DNA of 64,000 nt from a virus: IMG/VR virus record IMGVR_UViG_3300048997_000225, positions 32,001 to 96,000 of that record; one strand, given 5' to 3'. The notes below the pieces were generated by a model that did no database searches, was not told the origin of the DNA, and saw only the letters and a list, made by a program, of their open reading frames with translations. The stretch's first letter is position 1. Every line of letters begins with the position of its first letter. Positions 49,253 through 58,489 of the stretch are shown one piece after another. Made by a program: the position numbers and the translations under genes.

Positions 49253-49982
49253 CTATGGAATCCGCTGATTAAGACCTTTAGAATCATCAACTCCATCCGC
49301 AAATGCCAAGTCACCAACTCGACCAATCGAAAGCCCGAATAAATCTTCAGTGCCTTTAACAATATTCATAGCCCCTGAAGTATTCATTTGGATTTCAACT
49401 TCAAGGATTTGGTTTTCTACAGATCCTGCAATAGTCTCATCACCCAGTAATTGAATTATTAAATCAATTTCCTGTTGGAGTTGATCGGAATAATCCATTG
49501 CACGTTTTATTTTATATTCTAAGCGTTCACGTTTGAATTTGATAGATTCCAATTGCCAATATTTTAAACGTTCAACACGAAGCCCAAGATCTCTATCAAA
49601 CCGTTGATTGCCGCGTTCGCGCCGTCCATTAGAATATATATCAGAATAACCGCCAGTCGCACCAGAATCTTGGCTCTGGGAAAGAGCCGGCCCTTTAGTC
49701 TTGAAAACTGGTTGGTCTCGAGTACGCAATAACATATCGAATTCAGGAGTCCCGCCTAAAATTCGATATGCATTTAATAATTTTGCCGCATAACTGCCAG
49801 CTGAAGCTGAAAATTTAACTGGATTGGGACCAACATATTCAGTGATGAATATGCCATTCATCGACAGTTGCTTTTGCAACCATTGCTTGCGCATATTCAA
49901 TTCTTTGGCTTGAATACGAGCAAAAGCACGAAAAGATTCCCATTGCTTATCAGTAAATGTTCCGAAAAAAGTTAAATGCCAT
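49253..49982 (-). CDS. baseplate-module protein with a +1 frameshift near its 5' end
   Basis: AGGTGA SD plus ATG 49982 opens only a 10-codon ORF; skipping one T of the T6 run (49965-49970) joins it to the 215-aa ORF, giving MAFNFFGTFTDKQWESFRAFARIQAKELNMRKQ... (242 aa). Confidence 0.6.
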
Positions 49983-49988
49983 GTTGCA

Positions 49989-50246
49989 TCACCTATCCCT
50001 TCCTACATTAGTCCTAGGAAGAATCCTGTCTCCAGTTCCTACAGCACAATCTACCATATCTAATGACAGCGGAGCACTAGGAACTGAATAAACCACGGCT
50101 TCAATTTCAGATTGTTCTTTTGCAGTCAATGTATCCCAGAGAATATCTAGTTCTGCACATCGAATAGATTCTTCTAACTGTGATAATGGTCTATCGATCA
50201 TAAATTCTATAAATTTTGGATAATATTGATTAGTCATATATTTCAT
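49989..50246 (-). CDS. small hypothetical protein
   Basis: 85 aa; ATGA overlap with the upstream gene. Confidence 0.55.
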   Translation of the reverse strand: MKYMTNQYYPKFIEFMIDRPLSQLEESIRCAELDILWDTLTAKEQSEIEAVVYSVPSAPLSLDMVDCAVGTGDRILPRTNVGRDR

Positions 50247-52516
50247 CCTAACGTAAGTATAAATTTCAAAGCATTGAAAGCGGCTATGGAACCGGCACCC
50301 GGGCCTCCGAACGTCATGACCATTCCAGAGTGTAAACCAAAAGGCGATTGACTTGGTTTATCTTTGGATTGTAAGAGCTCTTGAGCTAAGCTTTCAGCAC
50401 TACCATTGGCGGAACTGGCAACCAATACGCTAACTGTCACATTAATATTAAATAAGCTCAGGATTTCATCCAAAGTCTGCAAAATTTGGATGAGAGCATT
50501 TATTTTTTGGATCAATGTTTCAACTATATCTTGGATTTCCTTAATAGCACTTTCCAGAGCTTTGAGCAATGATTTTAAGAATTGTTCGAAATCAAACAAT
50601 GATGGAATAAGTGCTGGAAACAAATCTCCAACAGTAACTGAATACCATGCTAGATATGAAGTTTGAGAACTTACTACTGAGAGTGCAGACTGAATGAAAC
50701 CAGCTAATGCTAAACGTTCTTCTACAGTTGCGAATGGTTTTAAATATGCTATGGAAGTTAACGGGACTGGACCGGTAATGGGGCCGCTGGCTATATAATT
50801 ATCTTCTTGAGCCAAATAATCATCGATTTGAAGAGCAACATTAGGAGTTATCCCACCAATAACTCCTATGAAACTCCATGGTTCTTCCTGTAAGAAATCC
50901 GCTGATAATAATCTATCAACGACACTTTGTACTCCACCAGAAACCCATTGCTTAGCTAATAAATCCACTAGAGCAGGATTGGAGAACAAAATCGTGGCTA
51001 CTGAATTGGCTAATCGGCGAGCCGCGGCTTGGAATATTATATTAGATATTAATTCATTTGACTTATTAGAATTGGCTTTAAGAGGTCCTAATTGGCCACC
51101 CAGCATAGAAAGCGTCCCCCAGCCTGTTCGCTGTTCATTCCGAAATACAGTATTGGGAACTCCACTAGATAATGGATAAGCCGAAGGCAACTCAAAATTC
51201 AGAAGGATTCCAGCTTGTATTGCTCGGAATATATCATTATATATGTTAAAAGCAATGGATTGACCGCTAGCATCAACTAATTTCCGCGGTACGAAGCCTT
51301 TAACAATCCGGCTTGGACGACCTAAAGTTAACTTGGGCAGAGTTCTAAGAACACGCGAATTCCCTGATACAACAGTAAACGATTTAACTGCATCAGGATG
51401 GTTCGAAGTTAACTGCAGATAACTGGTGGCATCTCCAAAGAAAGCGCGAATCCTATAGTAATATGTCTTTCCTGGAATTAATTCGGGATCAGCATCTAGA
51501 TATTTATAAATGCCAGTTGCAAGCCCGGTTATTAAAGTTGTAGTAGCATTGCTTGAACTACCTTGCGGAACGTTCGATTCAGCTGCGCCATTAGATCCAA
51601 ATCGAATAGCTATTTTAGTAGGGAAGTTCTTATAAATTGATCCGTCATCTTCACGAACTACAGATTTGGAGCTTACAGATGGAAAATCATATTTAGCGAT
51701 GATTCCATCAACCACTCCTTTACCGATGGTTTGTGAACTGGTTTCAATATAAATTGCATCGCCTTGAGTCGATAATTCTGATGCCCCTTCATCTTGAGGG
51801 AATGGACCGGTTCGTTCAATAATGAAATTTGGGAAACGAAATTGATTATAGAATGACACCAATTGACCAGCAAAACCCGGAGCATTCAATCCAGAAGGTG
51901 ATTGCGGCATGCGCCATTCCAATTGAACTGCTTGATTTAAATCTGAATCAAATAATCGTCGAAATTGGGAAATAGAACTCCCGCTTTTATTAACAGGCAA
52001 TGCCTTTATATCAACAGGAGCTGGCAATCCAGTTAATTGTATAGGATGTCGAATAAGAGCTAATAATGAAAATAATAATCCAAGAAGATCACCGGGCGCA
52101 TCAGCTCCTATATATAAGACCAATAACGCAACAGATGATCCTGGTGGATATTGAGGTCGAAATGCATCAGCTGTATCGAAAAATTTCGCGATAACTTTAG
52201 ATTCGAATCTCGGATAAGCCCCGCTTACTGAATGCAATACGCCAGCGAAGTCTGGTTGACTAAAATCAGGATGAACCAATAATATCGAAAATCCTGAAGA
52301 TCGAATTTGATTAATAATGGCGCGTACGGAAGCCAACAATAATGCAATTATGGCTCGTAATGGATTCAATAAATCAAGGAAAAATGGTTTTAAAATATCG
52401 AGTATGGCTTCAAGAATGGCTTCAATAGTCTCTAGAATTTGAAGAGTATTTTGAATCGGAGGCCGGATGGGCTCAAATATATCAAATTTAATACTGATTT
52501 GAGTCCAATTAGCCAC
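50243..52516 (-). CDS. virion-module protein with amphipathic helical termini and an FN3-like core
   Basis: Leu/Ile-rich helices at both ends; LEW...GKTYYYRIRAF FN3-like motif. Confidence 0.65.
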   Translation of the reverse strand: MANWTQISIKFDIFEPIRPPIQNTLQILETIEAILEAILDILKPFFLDLLNPLRAIIALLLASVRAIINQIRSSGFSILLVHPDFSQPDFAGVLHSVSGAYPRFESKVIAKFFDTADAFRPQYPPGSSVALLVLYIGADAPGDLLGLLFSLLALIRHPIQLTGLPAPVDIKALPVNKSGSSISQFRRLFDSDLNQAVQLEWRMPQSPSGLNAPGFAGQLVSFYNQFRFPNFIIERTGPFPQDEGASELSTQGDAIYIETSSQTIGKGVVDGIIAKYDFPSVSSKSVVREDDGSIYKNFPTKIAIRFGSNGAAESNVPQGSSSNATTTLITGLATGIYKYLDADPELIPGKTYYYRIRAFFGDATSYLQLTSNHPDAVKSFTVVSGNSRVLRTLPKLTLGRPSRIVKGFVPRKLVDASGQSIAFNIYNDIFRAIQAGILLNFELPSAYPLSSGVPNTVFRNEQRTGWGTLSMLGGQLGPLKANSNKSNELISNIIFQAAARRLANSVATILFSNPALVDLLAKQWVSGGVQSVVDRLLSADFLQEEPWSFIGVIGGITPNVALQIDDYLAQEDNYIASGPITGPVPLTSIAYLKPFATVEERLALAGFIQSALSVVSSQTSYLAWYSVTVGDLFPALIPSLFDFEQFLKSLLKALESAIKEIQDIVETLIQKINALIQILQTLDEILSLFNINVTVSVLVASSANGSAESLAQELLQSKDKPSQSPFGLHSGMVMTFGGPGAGSIAAFNALKFILTLG

Positions 52517-52522
52517 GATTTA

Positions 52523-52684
52523 TTATTTCTTAGTTACTGACTTAAGGATTTGTTGATATTTAACTAATTCTTTTTGAGCGTCCAATAATGCTTGATGAGT
52601 CGAATCACGTGTCTTTTGAACAGCTTCCCGGATGATCCCTGGTCCAACTTGTTTATTATGTTCCCATTTATTAGAATCTTCCAT
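52523..52684 (-). CDS. 53-aa helical protein (not in the ORF track)
   Basis: AGGGA SD; MEDSNKWEHNKQVGPGIIREAVQKTRDSTHQALLDAQKELVKYQQILKSVTKK fills the gap between two large genes. Confidence 0.65.
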   Translation of the reverse strand: MEDSNKWEHNKQVGPGIIREAVQKTRDSTHQALLDAQKELVKYQQILKSVTKK

Positions 52685-52694
52685 CGGATTCCCT

Positions 52695-55600
52695 TCATAG
52701 ACTTTCTGAAATCAATAGTTTCTGTTGATCTGCTATTAATTTCCTTAAATTGTCTTTTCTACGTGCTTCAGCTTGTTTCTGTTTAGTTAAATTCCCGTCT
52801 TTTTTATCTATTCGTTGCTCTATAAATAAAAATCTTTGATCATATAAACTATCGTTAGTTAACACGTCAGTAATTCGCGTTATATTATTAAATATTTGGG
52901 TTTGACGAGCTTCAATATTGATAATCCGTGCAGTTTTTCCTGCGACCGAAATTGTAGATTGCCAAATCAAGGTATTAACTACAAACAACACCAATTCGCG
53001 CAAGAATTGAGCTGCTACACTAAATTGGTCGGTAGCTAAAAACGATTCTGGTTGAATCAATTGATAAATTGATTCTCCAGGATTTGGGAATGACGCCCAT
53101 GGCAAAGTCCCGTCCACGGTTAATGTCGTTGAAGTCACATTAACAATTTTATATAATCCGACATTAGGACCAGAACCCACATAGAGCAAAGTCTGAATAT
53201 TTACTCCGGCTAATGTGAAATTGGCATTCATATCAGTTAAAGTATTGGATGATATTGATCCTAAACCTGTACCAATTGTCCGTCCATAATATTGAATAAT
53301 TGATATAATCGTCTTCAATTCCGAATCTAGAGATGCAATCAATGCTGGACTTATAACAGATCCAGCAGAATTAGTATTCAACACTTCGAGTTCTAGACCA
53401 ACTATCGACAGAACGGTAGGTAATGATACTATTTGGACGTCATGTCCAATAGTATCAGAAAATGGCCACGGTGTATCTACTGAAAATGAAGAAGGAGATA
53501 AAATAGTATTAATGGTCCGAATCGATCCAGCGTTCGGACCATTTAAAAATGTAACATCATCGCCTGGTGATACTATCAATGACGATTGAATACAATGCAA
53601 TAAATCGGTAGACACTCGACAAGTTCCTAGTCTACTCATAGCATCGAGTTCATCCAATAATAATTCAGATTCAGAAATCCTTTTCAATCTAGGGACAGGT
53701 GGATATCCATTATCGTTCAATTCCAATCCATCAAGAACAGGGATTCGACGCGGTTGTATATCAGAGTTCCCAAATCCGATAGATGATTCTATAATTTCGT
53801 TCCCAACAATTGGAATTTGAAGAGTCCCCGGATTCACTGTGATATTAACAATTTGGCCATTTTCGGTATTTACAGCTAAGTCCCGACCAGCAGTATAAAA
53901 ATGATTATGAGGATTGACTGGATCGGATATGTTTTGAACTAAATTCCCTCGTCTTACAGACGTACCGCCACTTAATGTGACAGTCGTATTTGTAACAGCA
54001 ACTACGGTAGAATTACCAACCAGAGATCCATTATTAGCATATATATTAATATCTTGTCCAATAGAAAATGGTGGAATCAAGAATTCTGGATCACCATTCT
54101 GGATTATAGTATAAACAGCACCAGATATTGATGAAAAAAATTGACTCGCAGGACTGCTATGGAAAGTCCCTATTGAACGAATATCATCAATAGCCAAACT
54201 TCCAATGATTTTCCCAAAATCACTAGGATTGACTAAGTCATTGAGAGCGGCTTTTTGCAACGTAGTAGTAGGAAATAATCGAGATAGATTATTCGGGACA
54301 GCCATGGTCCCGAATACAGGCACGTTTTGAAATGTGAAGAATCCAGTAATCTTTAATTTATCATACAATTTGATCTTATCATCAATATCATTAGTTATAT
54401 CAATATAACCATTGCGAGGAGGATTATCAAACATATCATCGAATCTGAAACGGCCAGATATTCCACCAACAATTCGTCCATCTAAATTGGATAAAATGTC
54501 TTCATAATAATTAATCAAATCGTTATAGAATTTAATCAATCTAGCCATTACAACATCAAGATTGTGTTGATGTTGTTCATCAAACCATGGGCTAGAAATT
54601 CCAAAGTCCTTATTACTTTGCCCAGTCGCATCTCCAATATTAGGGCCCGATACACCACCTGATTGTGATGATTGTTTCAATGCATCTTGAACTTCAGGCA
54701 AAAAAGATGTGATAGTTTCTACTCTATAAAAAAAAGTATCTGGAGCATATAAATTATATGTTGATTGCAATCGTTGTCCGAGCAATCCATTATTGAGTCC
54801 GGGTGCAATTACATATGAATAATTCATATGTACGATAGTCCCGATAGGTTGAATGGTCCTTGCAACATATAATGCAGATAACGTATTACCAAAACCAATT
54901 GGGGATTCTAAATTGATATCACCACCATCAGATAATGAGAAATCAATATCACGAGTAAGAATATGATTAGAATCTCCGTTTAAAATTAATGTAAACGGAA
55001 AAGATAAATTAATCGGATTGTTAGTATGGAACGATTTCCCAGCATATTGGATGGTTCGAACCGAATAAGCCAAATCAGGGATTATGTAATTCCGTCGGGC
55101 TGGAATAGAAGTGAAAATTTTGGTTCTATTATTGGATTCTAATTGCGAATTAGATATATAATATGGATCATTATTTATTGTTATAATAGTCCCCGTTTTA
55201 TATTTAAAGGTTGCATCACCAGCTACATAAAAGAAATTAGTCCCATCAACAAATGAACTAATAATAGCCGTTTCTGCGATAAAATAGCTAGAACTCAATG
55301 ATCCACATACCAATAAATCTGAACCATCGGAATCGGATACAATTGGTGTTATAAATGTTAAATTACTAACGTCTAAATTACTGTCATATGAAATAGTGTC
55401 AACTAATATTACTTCAGTTCGATCAATCAACATTGCAGAAGCAGTCGATATAAGATCGGTTTGATCCCCATTCAAGGTTAAAGTTTGAACACCTGCTTTT
55501 ATCTGTGGTGTATCTAAATCAATTGTTGTGGATAATAAATTAAAATTAGTATTCCCGCCTGGTGCATTTTCAACCCAGTAATCTAAAACAACTAATTCAT

Positions 55601-57896
55601 TTTGAATGGGGTTCGCGAGTTTAATAGTCCCGGGACCATTAAACTCGAATGAATCGGCACTTAGTATAATTCCATTAACATATATAATTATCGGGCGAGT
55701 CGTATTAACAACATTATTATCTGGATTGAACGTAACAACAGTAGAACCGGGAACCGTTGAAGCTGTTTCCTGTCGGATTTTAAATAATGATTTCTCGATT
55801 TTATTAATAGGAGTATATGTTGCTCCGTCATCAGTGGTTTCCAAAGCAACGTACATAATTTGGAAAGATTGATTGGCTTGGGCTGGATCAGTTAAATTAA
55901 CTTGTCCCGTATTCGGAAATACTTCATACTCCGAAGTGGCCATCGTAACATATTGACCATTTGGAGCATCAGCTCGGGCCAAAGAGAATTTCTTGTACGG
56001 GAGATCTAATTTAGTCCAAAATTTATCGACAATAATATCAGCTTGAGAATGTAAATCAAATACAACGATTCCAGTCGATTTAAATATAGAAGTAATTGTT
56101 ACTGCAGCAGATGATTGTAAATCTCGGATAACATAAATACCAAGATTGGCTCCGGTCGATATTACAATATATCGACCTATGTCAGAATGAGAAAATATGC
56201 CAGATGATGCCACTAAAGTGGATGGTAGAATTATAGATCCTGACATTCCGATCTTGTCATTTGGATCGTTATGGCCAAACGGTCGAATAAATTCGACCAT
56301 CCCAGTATTAGCATCAAAATCAAAATCCACATCAGGCGTAATTGAAGAACCATTGACTGTAATTTCAAATCCACGTTCGCTTACAGCAGAATCCGCTAGT
56401 TTTAAATTAGTCGTTGCTTTAGCAAGCACAACATCAGCAATTTTCCGATTCGAAAAATTAAATTGATGAGTATCTAAATTCAGAATATATCCGAGTCCAA
56501 TTTGAGAAGGATTTATTCCATCAACCAATTCGCCAGTGAAAGTTCCGCTCGATGCGGGTCCTTGGACGACTTCATATTTAAGAGTGGAATCTATGATTGG
56601 ATTCGTTGGAAGCATAACGAACGGGAATGACTGCAAACCATTAACGATTATCTGGTCTTCAACATTATATAAGATAGTAAAGTCCGGGACTTTTTCTGGA
56701 CCCGATCCATTAACTCCACTTCTATATAGTTGGATTGAAATCCCATGTTCAATGGATAGTAGGCTATCTAAATAGAAAAAAGACCAGTCTGCAAATTTAT
56801 TAATATCAATTGCTGAAATATAAGCATTGCCAGTCGAAATATCTATTATGATCTTACCTGGAGCCGGCGGACTTGTCGGAGCTGTATTCCGAAGAATAAT
56901 AGTCCAATAATTCCGATTGTTATTGATCTTCTCAGCAAATATTATAAATCGCTGCGTATCCGATAAATTTATTGCCGCTGGAATATTAAATGCAATTGTC
57001 GGCCAACTAAATACCGGGATAGAATGTCTCACATATTGTGCAGATCCAATTATTACACCATCATAATAAATAGTTTCTCCAAAATTCGATATAACATCAA
57101 TCGTTGAAAATCGGACGCGTCCAGTATCAAGTGACCAAGTAAAAGTACCAGATATTGGAGAACCTAGTACAGATTCATTTGCTACTTGTATTGGAGTCAA
57201 ATACCTACGATAACCAATTCGAACTCTTGGAATTTGTCCAGTAGCGGGTTTAGGATTAAGACATAAGTGATAATCGATTAAAGACAGCGGAAAAGTCCCG
57301 ATAGCACCTGTAGAAGACGCTCTATCAAAAAAACTTTGTCGCAGTCCAAATATTGTTTTCCCAGCGTAAGAAATTAAATCATTATGACAAAAATTGAGTT
57401 TCCCGTCCGCATTCGAGAGCTGGACGGTCCCTGCTGATAACAAATTAGGATCTGTGAAATCAGCCTCAGTACCAACTAATTGGATATTGAAAGTGATTAA
57501 TCGGACAGGATCTCCGATATATATAGCAAAGGGGGCATTAGTAACAGAATTATCCGGAACAGGAAAAATTAATCGTGGATTATTAGATATCACACCAAAT
57601 GAATCAGGAGCGTTCCCCGGAGACGGAAGCCATCTTTGTGAAAAGTTATCATAACTAAATCGTGTTATAGTAGATTGATTTTTAGTCCATAGTATTTGGA
57701 GATTTGGATCAGCAATTTCCAAACTGGACTGGACTGGATTAGTACTATTTATTATTAATACATATTCTGCACGATTAATTATTGAATTAAATACTATTGG
57801 ATCAGAAACAACACTGCGACTAGGAAATGTTAATGGATTATTTCCACTACTAACTCGGATTCCTTCAAGTAATGCACCAGTGGTATCTAACGGCAT
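52695..57896 (-). CDS. large beta-rich virion structural protein
   Basis: 1733 aa; repeated ..TG.[IV].F Ig-like units, G.N.G.Y.I modules, C-terminal coiled coil. Confidence 0.7.
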   Translation of the reverse strand: MPLDTTGALLEGIRVSSGNNPLTFPSRSVVSDPIVFNSIINRAEYVLIINSTNPVQSSLEIADPNLQILWTKNQSTITRFSYDNFSQRWLPSPGNAPDSFGVISNNPRLIFPVPDNSVTNAPFAIYIGDPVRLITFNIQLVGTEADFTDPNLLSAGTVQLSNADGKLNFCHNDLISYAGKTIFGLRQSFFDRASSTGAIGTFPLSLIDYHLCLNPKPATGQIPRVRIGYRRYLTPIQVANESVLGSPISGTFTWSLDTGRVRFSTIDVISNFGETIYYDGVIIGSAQYVRHSIPVFSWPTIAFNIPAAINLSDTQRFIIFAEKINNNRNYWTIILRNTAPTSPPAPGKIIIDISTGNAYISAIDINKFADWSFFYLDSLLSIEHGISIQLYRSGVNGSGPEKVPDFTILYNVEDQIIVNGLQSFPFVMLPTNPIIDSTLKYEVVQGPASSGTFTGELVDGINPSQIGLGYILNLDTHQFNFSNRKIADVVLAKATTNLKLADSAVSERGFEITVNGSSITPDVDFDFDANTGMVEFIRPFGHNDPNDKIGMSGSIILPSTLVASSGIFSHSDIGRYIVISTGANLGIYVIRDLQSSAAVTITSIFKSTGIVVFDLHSQADIIVDKFWTKLDLPYKKFSLARADAPNGQYVTMATSEYEVFPNTGQVNLTDPAQANQSFQIMYVALETTDDGATYTPINKIEKSLFKIRQETASTVPGSTVVTFNPDNNVVNTTRPIIIYVNGIILSADSFEFNGPGTIKLANPIQNELVVLDYWVENAPGGNTNFNLLSTTIDLDTPQIKAGVQTLTLNGDQTDLISTASAMLIDRTEVILVDTISYDSNLDVSNLTFITPIVSDSDGSDLLVCGSLSSSYFIAETAIISSFVDGTNFFYVAGDATFKYKTGTIITINNDPYYISNSQLESNNRTKIFTSIPARRNYIIPDLAYSVRTIQYAGKSFHTNNPINLSFPFTLILNGDSNHILTRDIDFSLSDGGDINLESPIGFGNTLSALYVARTIQPIGTIVHMNYSYVIAPGLNNGLLGQRLQSTYNLYAPDTFFYRVETITSFLPEVQDALKQSSQSGGVSGPNIGDATGQSNKDFGISSPWFDEQHQHNLDVVMARLIKFYNDLINYYEDILSNLDGRIVGGISGRFRFDDMFDNPPRNGYIDITNDIDDKIKLYDKLKITGFFTFQNVPVFGTMAVPNNLSRLFPTTTLQKAALNDLVNPSDFGKIIGSLAIDDIRSIGTFHSSPASQFFSSISGAVYTIIQNGDPEFLIPPFSIGQDINIYANNGSLVGNSTVVAVTNTTVTLSGGTSVRRGNLVQNISDPVNPHNHFYTAGRDLAVNTENGQIVNITVNPGTLQIPIVGNEIIESSIGFGNSDIQPRRIPVLDGLELNDNGYPPVPRLKRISESELLLDELDAMSRLGTCRVSTDLLHCIQSSLIVSPGDDVTFLNGPNAGSIRTINTILSPSSFSVDTPWPFSDTIGHDVQIVSLPTVLSIVGLELEVLNTNSAGSVISPALIASLDSELKTIISIIQYYGRTIGTGLGSISSNTLTDMNANFTLAGVNIQTLLYVGSGPNVGLYKIVNVTSTTLTVDGTLPWASFPNPGESIYQLIQPESFLATDQFSVAAQFLRELVLFVVNTLIWQSTISVAGKTARIINIEARQTQIFNNITRITDVLTNDSLYDQRFLFIEQRIDKKDGNLTKQKQAEARRKDNLRKLIADQQKLLISESL

Positions 57897-57903
57897 ATTA
57901 TTC

Positions 57904-58488
57904 CTATAAAATCCGACCTGATCCTAAGCCTCCACCAGGAAACGGTGAAGAAGGACCAACAATTATTATTTGGCCTTTGGCACTCGGCAAAGCTTGATCT
58001 ATTCCCTGAGCAATCGCTGTTGCTAAGTTAGCAGACATAACACCAAGCAATCCAGAACCAATGAAATTTTGAATCATGAGTGAAATTGACATCGTTGGGA
58101 CTGGTGTAATATTAACGATAGTTCCAGTTCCTACACCTGTACCTGCATGCGCAGTAATGATCTGAGCAAAAGCTAAAGACGCCGATAAAGAAAAAGCTAA
58201 AGCTCGGATTAATGATGATCGCATTTCTCCATTTATACCTTTACCGGCAAATGTTGATTGGAATGCATTTATGAAAATCGGGGGTGGAATAATAATACCT
58301 AAACCGGAACCCGCTCCGACGCCAGCTGTTCCAACATCTAAAGTGTTCACTATTGGTGAGGATAATAAATAAGAACAAAATCCATTGGCTACAGCTAATG
58401 AAAATTGATTACAAGACAGTCCAAAAATGGATTGTCCAGTCATTTCACTTCGAATTCTAAGGAATATGGCTGATGGAATTAGAGCCAT
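57904..58488 (-). CDS. Gly/Ala-rich protein directly after the central spike
   Basis: 194 aa; three internal repeats of LA.A.A helix plus G.G.G strand. Confidence 0.65.
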   Translation of the reverse strand: MALIPSAIFLRIRSEMTGQSIFGLSCNQFSLAVANGFCSYLLSSPIVNTLDVGTAGVGAGSGLGIIIPPPIFINAFQSTFAGKGINGEMRSSLIRALAFSLSASLAFAQIITAHAGTGVGTGTIVNITPVPTMSISLMIQNFIGSGLLGVMSANLATAIAQGIDQALPSAKGQIIIVGPSSPFPGGGLGSGRIL

Positions 58489-58489
58489 A

